Below are positions 13,337-23,659 of a DNA stretch of 64,000 nucleotides, in pieces. The notes beneath the pieces were generated by a model, which worked only from the letters and a program-made list of their open reading frames with translations, did not search any database and was not told the origin of the DNA. Within the stretch, counting starts at the first letter, position 1, and each line of letters starts with the position of its first letter. The translations under genes and the position numbers were made by a program. The stretch is from Felis catus. Taxonomy: Eukaryota. Location of the stretch: the NCBI RefSeq assembly GCF_018350175.1, contig NC_058368.1, positions 44,766,001-44,830,000 on the forward strand, in the 5' to 3' direction.

Positions 13337-13408
13337 TCTATAATCAAATGAATCAAATATATTTATATATCTGATATCTATAATCAAATGAATCAAATAT
13401 ATTTATAT
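13337..13408. repeat. Local direct duplication (32 bp x2, 40-bp period)
   Basis: tctataatcaaatgaatcaaatatatttatat at 13337-13368 and 13377-13408. Confidence 0.9.
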
Positions 13409-13876
13409 TCAATAAAAAATACCTCAAGGAAATTAAGATTTTTATTTTATAATTAATAATTAATGCTTTTCCTTCCTTTTTTTAATCAGCATTTTTCTTA
13501 TTATTACCTTTATTAAGAAGATTTGCTTTTAGTTCACGTGAAAGAAGTAGGTAGGACTCTCTGCTCAGAAACCTGGCTGTTAATTGACCTGTGGCTGCAA
13601 CAGGGCATCAACAAGGAAGCAATGCAAATATGTTGAAATCAAAGACTATACACTCAGTCCATCGCAATCTAAGAGAAGAGTCACTGCCAGTGTGGTCTTC
13701 CTACCAGTGTATCTGGGGTATCTCTTTAGGCTCCATTTATTGTTCACAGCTGTCATGTGTGAAATGATAAACAGAAGATATGAAACTTCAATTTCATTTT
13801 TTCTCTCTTACCTCCAAAGAATATCAATCTGAAAAAGCTTTTAACCATTTGCTTACTCTTTCTTTGGAACTAAAAA

Positions 13877-14208
13877 CAGTTGACCCTTGAACACCACTGG
13901 TTTGAACTGTGTAGGTTCACTTACAGGAGGAATTTGTTTGGATACTGTACAGTATTGTAAATGTATTTTCTCTTTTCTGTGATTTTCTTAATAACATTTT
14001 CTTTTCTCTAGCTTACTTTATTCTAAAAATACAGAATATATTACACATACAAAATAACGTGTAAATAGACTGTTTATGTTATTTGTTAGGTTTCCAGTCA
14101 ACAGTGGGCTAATCGTAGTTCAGTTCTGGAGGAGTCAAAAGTTATACACAAATTTTCAGCTGTGTAGGGATCAGTGCCCCAACTCACCCACTGTTCAAGG
14201 GTCAACTG
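13877..14208 (+). mobile_element. Tigger2a-like MITE (TcMar-Tigger)
   Basis: Perfect 17-bp terminal inverted repeats (TIRs) cagttgacccttgaaca / tgttcaagggtcaactg, with TA on the right flank. Confidence 0.9.
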
Positions 14209-14481
14209 TAGTCTCATACATGGCTTCTCCTAAGCCAGAGGGTCCTCTGCTTACCTGCGATGGTACTGTATTTAGGAAAGCTCACTGTGGTCACTTTGTG
14301 TCAAGAAGAGGGCAGTGCCTCTCATAATCTTAATTCTCCTTCAGCCAAAGAAAAGAGGGCTGCTTCATACACTTAGGCCTACAAGAAGGACCTTGCAGTT
14401 GCCATCAACCTCACACCCTAACATTCCAATCCTATTTCTTTGTATCAAGCAGCATAATCTAACAATGTCTCCTCAAATTAG

Positions 14482-14930
14482 ACAGTGTTTGCTTTGAATA
14501 GTTCTGATATGCATGAATTTCAGTTACCATGGGTTAGTTAAATAACACCAACCCCCCCAACAAATTTCAACTACTGCAATATATTAACTGTGAAAAATTG
14601 TGTAAAATGCAAACTTTGGTATTAGTTCTGCGGTCCACAAATCACTACTTAAAAAACAGACGTACATTATGATCAGTGGCCAATCACATCACTTCTTTCA
14701 AAGTCTGCAAGTGATTGCTCATTGCACTTCTGTTACTGAGTTCATGCACAGGCTATTGTGTCACCTTTTTGTCTCTTTGTGATAAAGTCACTGTCATTTT
14801 ACCAAAATGAAATAAAAATAAAAATAAATAGATGAATGAATAAATAAAGGATCATTGAAGAGAGAATTGCCTAACAAAGGGGTAAGTGGAGCATAAAAGA
14901 GAACAGTGATAATGCTAGAAGTGAAATTAT
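14482..14930 (+). mobile_element. Tigger13a-like DNA transposon fragment
   Basis: gaatttcagttaccatgggttagttaaataacacca...atgatcagtggccaatcacatcacttctttcaaagtctg matches the recalled Tigger13a 5' part. Confidence 0.7.
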
Positions 14931-15231
14931 AGTAGAATCACAGACTTTCTTACCCTGTTGGTTGAGGATTTCCTCTGGAGCTTTTACCCCCAGCCTGTAC
15001 TTGCACCATTGGGCTTCCTGTGCATGCAGTCTGACCTTGTTCTCATACCAAAAAGAATGCTCTTAGGCAGATAAGCAGGGAGGCTGGGAGGTTGCTTGTG
15101 GTGGAACCTCATGAACAAGCACAGAAACTGTCCATTCCATCTGCCAATACGTTCAAGTTGGGTCAAGGGAAGTGGCGTTTGACATACAAGTTTCCTAGAA
15201 ATACTGTACAGAGGTTTATTTTCTTCTATAG

Positions 15232-15514
15232 CTGGGGTTGGAAAACTTTCTATAAAGGGCCAGATAGTAAAAATGTAGCTGTGGGTCTCCTTTTGGGTCT
15301 ATTTGTTATAACCATATGATTATTATAGAGTAAAAACAACCACAAACAATAGCTAAACAAATGAGAGAGGTACAATAAAACTCAATGGCTATTGAAATAT
15401 GAATTTCACAAAATGCAAATAGTCACTAAATATTTTTCTTTACATTTTTTCCAGTTAGCTTTTTTTAAGTTTATTTATTTATTTTCAGGGAGAGAGAGAG
15501 CACAAGCTGAGGAG

Positions 15515-15565
<51 letters not shown>

Positions 15566-15778
15566 CCCAAGCAGGCTCCACACTATCAGTACAGAGTCTG
15601 ATGAGGGACTTGAACTCATGAACTGTAAAATCATGACCTGAGCCGAAATCAAGAGTCAGATGCTTAGCAAACCGAGCTACCCAGGTGCCCCATCAATTCT
15701 TATGATATAAAAACCAAAGCCATACAAAACCGATAGTGGGCTAGATTGGGCCTGTGGGCCATAGTTTGCCAACCCTTG
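15232..15778 (+). mobile_element. MER58B-like hAT-Charlie element, interrupted by a SINE
   Basis: TIRs ctggggttggaaaact / agtttgccaacccttg; internal aaagggccagatagtaaa and gggccatagtttgcc motifs. Confidence 0.8.
15460..15691 (-). mobile_element. Can-SINE with expanded (GA)n, nested in MER58
   Basis: T-rich tail, long (AG)n at about 15519-15562, ends ccaggtgcccc. Confidence 0.95.
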
Positions 15779-15909
15779 CTCTTAGATGCCAATATAATAT
15801 AAGCAAAATGCCACCTAACCAATGTTTGTTGGTTATAATAAATCAAACAAGTCTTCATTTTTGAAAGAAACAAATTGAATTTCCATATAGCAATTTGTGT
15901 ACCAGTTTT

Positions 15910-16180
15910 ATTAGAGTGGCCTTCCCTACTCAATCTTCATAAAACAGCAACACTGGCCCCTCATCCTGTACACCCCCTCCCACTTTCTTTATATTTCTCT
16001 ATAACTAGCCATCAAATGAATTATTTCATACTAACATGTATTTTTGTTTATTGTCTCCTGAATATAAGTTAAGCTATGACAGGCCAGTGACTTTTGCTGT
16101 TTAGTTGACCAGCACAAAGAACAGTGACTAGAAGTTTGTACAAATATTTGTACCAGAATTAGAAAATTCAAAACGAATGA
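15910..16180 (+). mobile_element. L2 3' fragment
   Basis: gccttccct...tattgtctcc...gaatataag...ttttgctgtttagttgac...aaatatttgt resembles the L2a end. Confidence 0.5.
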
Positions 16181-16254
16181 GTTGGTAATCTGGGAACCCA
16201 AGAAATGCTGAGGAACCAGCTATAGCAGTGAGACAGTTATAGTCCAATTTCATA

Positions 16255-16461
16255 GGGGCGCCTTGGTTGCTCAGTTAAGCGTCCGACTTTGGCTTAGGTC
16301 ATGATCTCACAGTTCATGGATTCGAGCCCTGCATCCAGTTCTGTGGCTGACAGCTAGAGCCTGGAACCTGCTTCAGATTCTGTGTCTGCCTCTCTGCCCC
16401 TGCCCTGCTCATGCTCTGTTTCTCTCTCAAAAATGAATAAACATTAAAAAAGTTTAAAAAA
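16255..16461 (+). mobile_element. Can-SINE (SINEC_Fc-like)
   Basis: Perfect 12-bp TSD tccaatttcata at 16243-16254 and 16462-16473. Confidence 0.95.
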
Positions 16462-16900
16462 TCCAATTTCATAATTAATACTTTCCAATAATTGGGGCAG
16501 AAATTTAAGGAAAAAACACACAACAAAATCTATTTTTTCCTAATTTTGGAGAAAAAGTGATAGAATTCTCAGAAAGTTGAGTTTTCTATTCAAAATGTGA
16601 AAACCTATATAAAAATGATTTTAATCTAATAGAATTATAGTTAAGACTGTCAAATATATGAAGTTGTTATTTATTCATGACCATGCTTCATAGGTAGACA
16701 TTGGCAATGGTAACCTGTAAACAAGAAACTTAAAAGGAAATTAGAATTTTTTACAACAAAAAATGTCTCTAACTAAAACCTTATGACAATAGATGGAGTC
16801 AAGCTTAAGAGTAGTATACTAAATGAAAGTAATTTATTTGTATAACTGCTATAAAATAAACAACTTAATTATCCTTAAAGTATAATATCTGCTTTTAAAA

Positions 16901-17115
16901 TTTGTTTAATTTTTTTAACGTTTATTTCTTTTTGAGAGACAGAGAGAGCATGAGCATGGAAGGAGCAGAGAAAGAGGGAGACACAGAATCAGAAGCAGCC
17001 TCCAGGTTCTGAGCTGTCAGCACCGAGCCTGATGTGGGAATCAAACTCACCAGCCGTGAGATCATGATCTGAGCCAAAGTTGGACGCTTAATAGACTGAG
17101 CCTCCCAGGTGCCCC
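16901..17115 (-). mobile_element. Can-SINE (SINEC_Fc-like)
   Basis: Reverse head ccaggtgcccc; TSD tctgctttYaaa. Confidence 0.95.
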
Positions 17116-17169
17116 TCTGCTTTCAAATTCTTATCTGGATAGATATTAAATTGATACTGACAATTCAAA

Positions 17170-17390
17170 TTTTTTATTATTTTTATTACATTTATTTATT
17201 TTTTGAGAGACCTAGAGAGACAGAGCACAAGTTGGGGAGGGGCAGAGAGAGAAGGAGACAGAATCTGAAGCAGGCTCCAGGCTCCGAGCTGTCAGCACAG
17301 AGCCCGATGCGGGGCTCGAACTCATAAACCGTGAGATCATGACCCAAGCCGAAGTCGGACACTTAACCGACTGAGCCACCCAGGCGCCCC
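17170..17390 (-). mobile_element. Can-SINE (SINEC_Fc-like, fairly young)
   Basis: Reverse head ttaaccgactgagccacccaggcgcccc, many CpGs intact; TSD tgaca(a)ttcaaatttt. Confidence 0.95.
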
Positions 17391-17599
17391 TGACATTCAA
17401 ATTTTGATGCGAAAGCATAGCTAACTGTTTTTATAAGTGAATTTCATGTTGTTCATAAACTTCCTTTCAGATGAAACTTTGTCTAGAGGTCAGAAGCTTA
17501 CTAATGTGATTTTTCTTAGGTGTCTTTGTTCTTTGAACCATCAAAGTCTCAACCCCAATGACTAGAGGCTTAAGTGTGGACAAAAATTTACTAGTGATG

Positions 17600-17742
17600 A
17601 GGGCACCGGGGTGGTTCAGGTGGTTAACCATCTGACTTCGACTCAACTCATGTTCCTCTATCCCCTTCTCTCTTTCTGCCCCTAACCCCACTCATGCACA
17701 CACTGTTTCTCTCTCTCTCAAAAAGAAATAAATATAGAAAAA
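17600..17742 (+). mobile_element. Internally deleted Can-SINE
   Basis: Head gggcaccggggtggttcagg...actca joined directly to the CT-rich/A-tail part, with the middle missing. Confidence 0.8.
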
Positions 17743-17787
17743 AATTACCAGCAATGAATAATATATAACTCTTCAAAATATTACTCC

Positions 17788-17955
17788 CACTACCATTTAC
17801 TGAATCAGTGTTCAGTTAAGGTTTTTATATGTGTTCCTGTCGGTATTTGTCACAGTGTCTCAGAGATATGAAATACTATATTATTCCTACTCTATATGAG
17901 AAACACTAACATTTGGAATACTTACTCATCTTACCAAAGCTCACACAACTCTAAT
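17788..17955 (-). mobile_element. MIR relic
   Basis: accatttactga...attattcctactctatatgagaaacact...aaagctcacacaact. Confidence 0.55.
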
Positions 17956-19060
17956 GGTCTCATTTTTACTAAAATGAGTAAATGGCATGCACCAAAAGGT
18001 GTTTCAGGTTGTTGGTGAGGAGTTAGGCCTTCAAATCTATAGTTAAGTCCTGAAATAATTGAATTTTTAAAAAATCCCTTATATTTCTAGTAAATGCCCA
18101 TTAATAGGGACTTACATAAATATGTATACATGTATGTGTATATTATGTACTTATATGTATATATAACTATATTTTTCAAAAGTTTAAATGTAGTACAGGA
18201 ATTTATATTTGGTTTGGTGTTTTGACACAAAATGGAATGCTCAGCTTTTTGTGTATAATTTGCTTTTATTTAAAATACAAAGTAAGTGCATAAATGTACA
18301 GGTATACTCCTACATGACACAGATACTGGGACTTTCTGAGGCATCAACATTTTCACTTTTCCCATCTCCTGCTTATTACTCCAGAGAAATTGCAATTGGA
18401 ATCACCCTCATCATTGAAATTATTATCTCCCTCTCTCAGCAGGCATGGTTGGATTCCTTGAGTAATATGTATAGTTTACATGACTCCAATGTAGTAGAGT
18501 AAATTAAATGTGCTTATCCCCTTTGGTATTTATTCATGAAATTTGCTCTCACACTTAAATTGCCTCTTGGTGGATATATCATTATTTGTATGGATCATTA
18601 TCTATAAGAGTACATTTGTTTTCTGAACCACATTAATGCTGCATGGTCTTAAAAAATTCCCTAGAAGTCAGACACCAAGACGACTTGAGTGTGAAACACA
18701 ACTAACATACGATCCTTCAAAAGCTTTGATGTTCAATAAAAATATATCCTGCAATTCTGGTGTATCAAATAATATTTCATATTCATAAAAGATGCCAAAA
18801 CGTCCAGGTTGCTATTCAACATATGAAATGCTATTATTAGAATAATAAAACCATGAAAAAAAAAAGTTTAGTAATGATTAGGCATAGTGAAAACAGCACT
18901 TTTTGTGACTTATTTAGTCACATATTTGTATAGTTTTTAAGAAGTAAAGACACATTTGCAGTGGTATTTTCCACACATTTTTTTTTTTTTGCAGATCATG
19001 TATCTTATAACATCAGCTGATATACCTCTTAAACATAAATGTGCAGTGGCCACAAAGAAT

Positions 19061-19355
19061 AGGCAACAACAGATGTTGGTGAGGATGCGGAGAAAGAGGA
19101 TCTCTTTTGCATTGTTGGTGGGAATGCAAGCTGGTGCGGCCACTATGGAAAATAGTATGGAGGTTCCTCAAAAAACTAAAAATAGAACTACCCTATGACC
19201 CAGCAATTACACTACTAGGCATTTATCCAAGGGATACAGGGTGCTGTTTCCAAGGGACACATGCACCCCCATGTTTATAGCAGCACTACCAACAATAGCC
19301 AAAGTATGGAAAGAGCCCAAATGTCCATCGATGGATGAATGGATAAAGAAGATGT

Positions 19356-19407
<52 letters not shown>

Positions 19408-19789
19408 GTGGAGTATTACTCGGCAATCAAAAAGAAGGAAATCTTGCCATTTGCAACTACGTAGATGGAACTGGAGGGTATTATGCTAAGTGAAATTAGT
19501 CAGAGAAAGATAAAAATCATAGACTTCACTCATATGAGGACTTTAAGAAACAAGACAGATGAACATAAGGGAAGGGAAACAAAAATAATATAAAAACAGG
19601 GAGGGGGACAAAAGAAAAGAGACTCATAAATATGGAGAACAAACTGAGGGTTACTGGAGGGATTGTGGGAGGGGGGATGGGCTAAACAGGTAAGGGGCAC
19701 TAAGGAATCTACTCCCGAAATCATTGTTGCACTATATGCTAATTTGGATGTGAATTTAACAAAATAAAAAATCAAACAAGTTAAAAAAA
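19061..19789 (+). mobile_element. 5'-truncated cat-type L1 (L1_Fc-like), ORF2 end plus 3'UTR
   Basis: aggcaacaacagatgttggtgaggatgcggagaaagagg...; translation DTCTPMFIAALPTIAKVWKEPKCPSMDEWIKKMWY is the L1 ORF2 C-terminus; internal (TA)n at 19358-19401; A-rich tail. Confidence 0.95.
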
Positions 19790-19799
19790 TATTATACTG

Positions 19800-20290
19800 A
19801 TTGACAGAAACCTTAAAGAATGTGAAATGTGTGATTACATCCATATGAAGTTCAAGAATAGGCCAAACTAATTTAAGTTGAAAAAAATTAAGGAGTAATT
19901 CTCTTTGGTGCTGTGGAAGCTGGGGCTGATTAAAAAGGGATATGAGGTAACTTTCTGGGGTAATGGCAACTTTCTCTATCTTGTTAGAGATTTGAATTAT
20001 ATAGGTAGATATATTTGGAAAAAAAACTAATTTAAGGTTACACTTAAGATTTATGCATTTTACTCTATGTTAATTTCACCTAAAAGCTCTAAAAATATTC
20101 AAATCTAGTTAATAAGCATGCCAATGTTTTTAGGATGAAGTGTGTCTATGTCTAGAACTTTGAATGCATTACAAAATTTGATGGATGAGCAAAGTGTTAA
20201 CTATAAAATCCAAGCTGAATATATGGATATTCACCGTATGATTCTTTTAACTTCTATATGCTCAAAATTTTTATAAAATTTTGGGAAAAT
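19800..20290 (+). mobile_element. Ancient L1ME-type 3'UTR fragment
   Basis: tgattacatccatatgaagttcaagaataggccaaacta...actttctggggtaatggcaac...cacttaagatttatgcattttactctatg. Confidence 0.7.
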
Positions 20291-21861
20291 AAAATACGTA
20301 AAAAACTGATGTTTTCAATGTAACTGGATTGGTGTAATAAAAGTGGTAAGTATGAAATGCTAAGATATTATAAAAGATGGACAAGATGCAGCTAAGGGGT
20401 GGGAGGATTTTAAGTAGGGTTAGACTAGTAAAGGCAGCGGTGATGAAAGATAAAAGACACTGAAACAAAAGACAATGTACATGTATGGATAGTATTGCGA
20501 CTTGTTTAAAGCTTCAAACCTGAGCAAATGAGTTGCGAAATTTGATAAAGATTAGAGATTTTATATCAAGACATTTTTGATGGAGGGAAAATAGGGAAAA
20601 TCTGCTGGTTAAATTTGAAATGATAGTCAGTGAAGGATACATACACTAATAAAGAATGGGCTCTATCTAGGTGACTAATGAAGGATTATTATTATTATTA
20701 TTCATTATTTTGCATTTAGTGATTATGCTAAAAGTCATGACAAATTCGTTTGCCAGTAGTGAGCTGGATATGTAGAACTGAAAGAGACTAGAGGTAGGGA
20801 GATCATTATGTAGCTTATTTATGTGCTGTGAGAAAAAATAAGTTTATCTGAGAAACACACGCATTACCCCAGGTTTGTAGGCATAAGGTGATAAAGCTTC
20901 AATCAATGTAGTGGAAATGCTGATGTAAATCAGGCAGGCTCTGATAACTGATTAGTTATGGAAGGCAGAGCAATTCTGATGAGAGACATTTGAAGCCAAG
21001 TTAGATGGAAATATTGCTGATAGGGTATATTCTAGACAGGATATTAATGGCTTTTTATAGCAGGAAGTATAATGACTTTGTTCAAATTACACTGCTTTTA
21101 TTTAATAATTATACCATGTATTTTATATGTATCTAAAAGTTCCTTTTTTCACATGGATAATTTGTTCTTTGAGGAAATAATATCAACATAAAAGTTAAAA
21201 AAAAGAGTATTTTGAACACTTTTAATAAACTTTTATTTTTAAAACAATATACTGAATGTGATCTTTATAAATTTGTATTCATGTATGTGAATATTCTGGA
21301 GATTAAGCAAATACATGTTTTTGTTACCTAAAAATACTAATTTAATAGTTCTTCATATCTATCCTTAGAATAAAATTTAAAATACAGTCTGAATTCTTAT
21401 AAAATGTCTATTATATTCCATTTTGAAGATGTGTTATTGAAAGGTAAAGCTTATGAGAAATTGATCAAATAGAGAATTTTAAATTAAGGGGAAATACTTA
21501 AAATATTTATAATTCTGTGTGCATAAAAATTAACTTACAAAACATGAAAGAGAAATAAATGTAATAGAGAATATTTAATTTTCTCAATTACCTACTTTCT
21601 TATATTCCTAATGTGTTCCCTAGAGAACTAGTCCTAAATGTCAGTAAAATCCTAAAGAAAAATCATATTAAATATTAAAAGTACATCAGGCTTTTATGGT
21701 GGCATTTAAAAAAGTCACTTTCAACACATCTCATCGTTAATAGGTTAAATGTGGGCAAAAGGGTAGGAGAAATAACACTGATTTTGGAATTACACAGATC
21801 TCTTCATTTAAAATCTGTCTTAACATACTTAGTAAAAGGTACAAATTAAGAATGTTTCTCA

Positions 21862-22071
21862 GGGGTGCTGGAGTGGCTCAGTTTGTTAAGCATCCAACTC
21901 TTGATTTCAGCTCAGGTCATGATCTTCAGTCATGAGATCCAGCCCCTGGTAGGGCTCTGTGTGGAACCTGCTTATAATTCTCTCCCTCCCTCTCCCTTGG
22001 CCCCTCTCCTGCTTGGGCATGCTCTCTCTTGCTCTCGAAAAAAAAAATACCAACCTTCCTCAAAATCAAAT
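21862..22071 (+). mobile_element. Can-SINE (older)
   Basis: ggggtgctggagtggctcag head; degenerate TSD aattaagaat...ctca. Confidence 0.9.
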
Positions 22072-22154
22072 AATTAAGAATATTCTCTCAACATGTTTGT
22101 TGTACAAAGTAAATGAAATTTTGTATATGGTGATGCTTAGAAGTAAGTATTGAA

Positions 22155-22381
22155 GGGGGCACCTGGGTGGCACAGTCGGTTAAGAGTTCAACTTCAGCTC
22201 AGGTTATGATCTCACATTTTGTGAGTTTGAGCCCCATATTGGGCTCTGTGCTGACAGCTCAGAGCCTGGAGTCTGCTTCGGATTCTGTATCTCCCTCTCT
22301 CTCTGCCTCTCCTCCGCTCACACTCTGACACCCTCTCTCTTTTAAAAATAAATAAACATTAAAATATTAAAAAAAAAAAAA
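22155..22381 (+). mobile_element. Can-SINE (SINEC_Fc-like)
   Basis: ggggcacctgggtggcacagtcggttaag head and A-tail. Confidence 0.95.
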
Positions 22382-22391
22382 GAAGTACTGA

Positions 22392-22595
22392 GGGTCACCT
22401 GGGTGGCCCAGTAGGACTCTTGATTTCAGCTCAGGTCATTATCTCATGGTTACTGAGATCAAGCCCCATGTGGGGCACTGTTCTGAATGGCAGAGCCTGC
22501 TTGGGAGCCCCTCTCTCTCTCTTTCTCTCTCTGCCCCTCCCCCACTCTCTCTCTCACTTTCTCTCCCAAAATAAATATTTTTTAAAAAATAAATA
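22392..22595 (+). mobile_element. Can-SINE (older), directly downstream of the previous one
   Basis: gggtcacctgggtggcccag head, (CT)n, A-rich tail. Confidence 0.92.
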
Positions 22596-23052
22596 GGTAC
22601 TCAAAGTATGCCATTTATGAAATAATTTTAACATTCTTCAATGTTCAGTTACTGAGGACCTGATATAGATTTGTGATATTTTTTTCTGCTTGAAGGATTA
22701 TATTAGGAAAATTATTTAGGTAATAGCAATCTCCTATTTACAGTTTGTTTTTTAGATCTTCAATTATAAAAAAGGAGAATTTCATATGAACACAGTTTAT
22801 ACTCATAAATGTTCTACTTCAAAGTTATTGCTATATATATATATATATATATATGTACAAGATTTCTTCATTTTGGACATCTACTAAGATCAGTTAAATA
22901 AGTTGTAAACTAAATATGACAAATATTTACCAAAAGCCTACTAGAAGTAACAATATTGATCTATTACATTAGAATAAATATACTTATTAATTTATACTTG
23001 TAGTTCTGAATATCTGCTAATCATCATACAGATCCAAGATGTATCAATTTCT

Positions 23053-23265
23053 TTTTTTTTAAATGTTTTATTTATTTTTGAGACAGAGAGAGACAGAGCA
23101 TGAGCAGGGGAGGGGCAGAGAGAGAGGGAGACACAGAATCTGAAGCAGGCTCCAGGCTCTGAGCCATCAGCACAGAGCCTGAGGTGGGGCTTGAACCCAC
23201 AAACCGTGAGATCATGACCTGAGCCGAAGTTGGATGCTCAACCGACTGAGCCACGCAGGTGCCCC
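23053..23265 (-). mobile_element. Can-SINE (SINEC_Fc-like)
   Basis: Perfect 17-bp TSD aagatgtatcaatttct at 23036-23052 and 23266-23282. Confidence 0.96.
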
Positions 23266-23659
23266 AAGATGTATCAATTTCTAATTAAGCTTGAGTTTGA
23301 ATTACATTTGCTATCAGGAGAATGTGTGGGGATTTGATCAAATTGCTAGTGAATCATCATCTATGTTGTATCTAGGTGTTCTAACTTAGTACATGATATA
23401 ATTTAATACTTTGAGTTAGAATTATAATCTTTATTTTAAAGATTTAGACTTTTAAGTTATATTTGAATAGTATTCCCAAATTTGTGAATACTCAGAATTA
23501 TTTAACCATGGATGTATCAATTATCTACTTTATAAATATGTGATAGATAGGAAAAAGTCAGGCTGCTAACAGTTGAATTCTAAACAAAATACCTACGTTG
23601 CAAAAAGTATAGGACATAAAGAGGTAAAATAATCTATGAAGAAAAATTCTAAATGGAAA

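Noticed and set aside
19241..19489. ORF resembling a reverse-transcriptase protein C-terminus
   Set aside because: It is the 3' end of a 5'-truncated L1 with a (TA)n expansion, not a gene.
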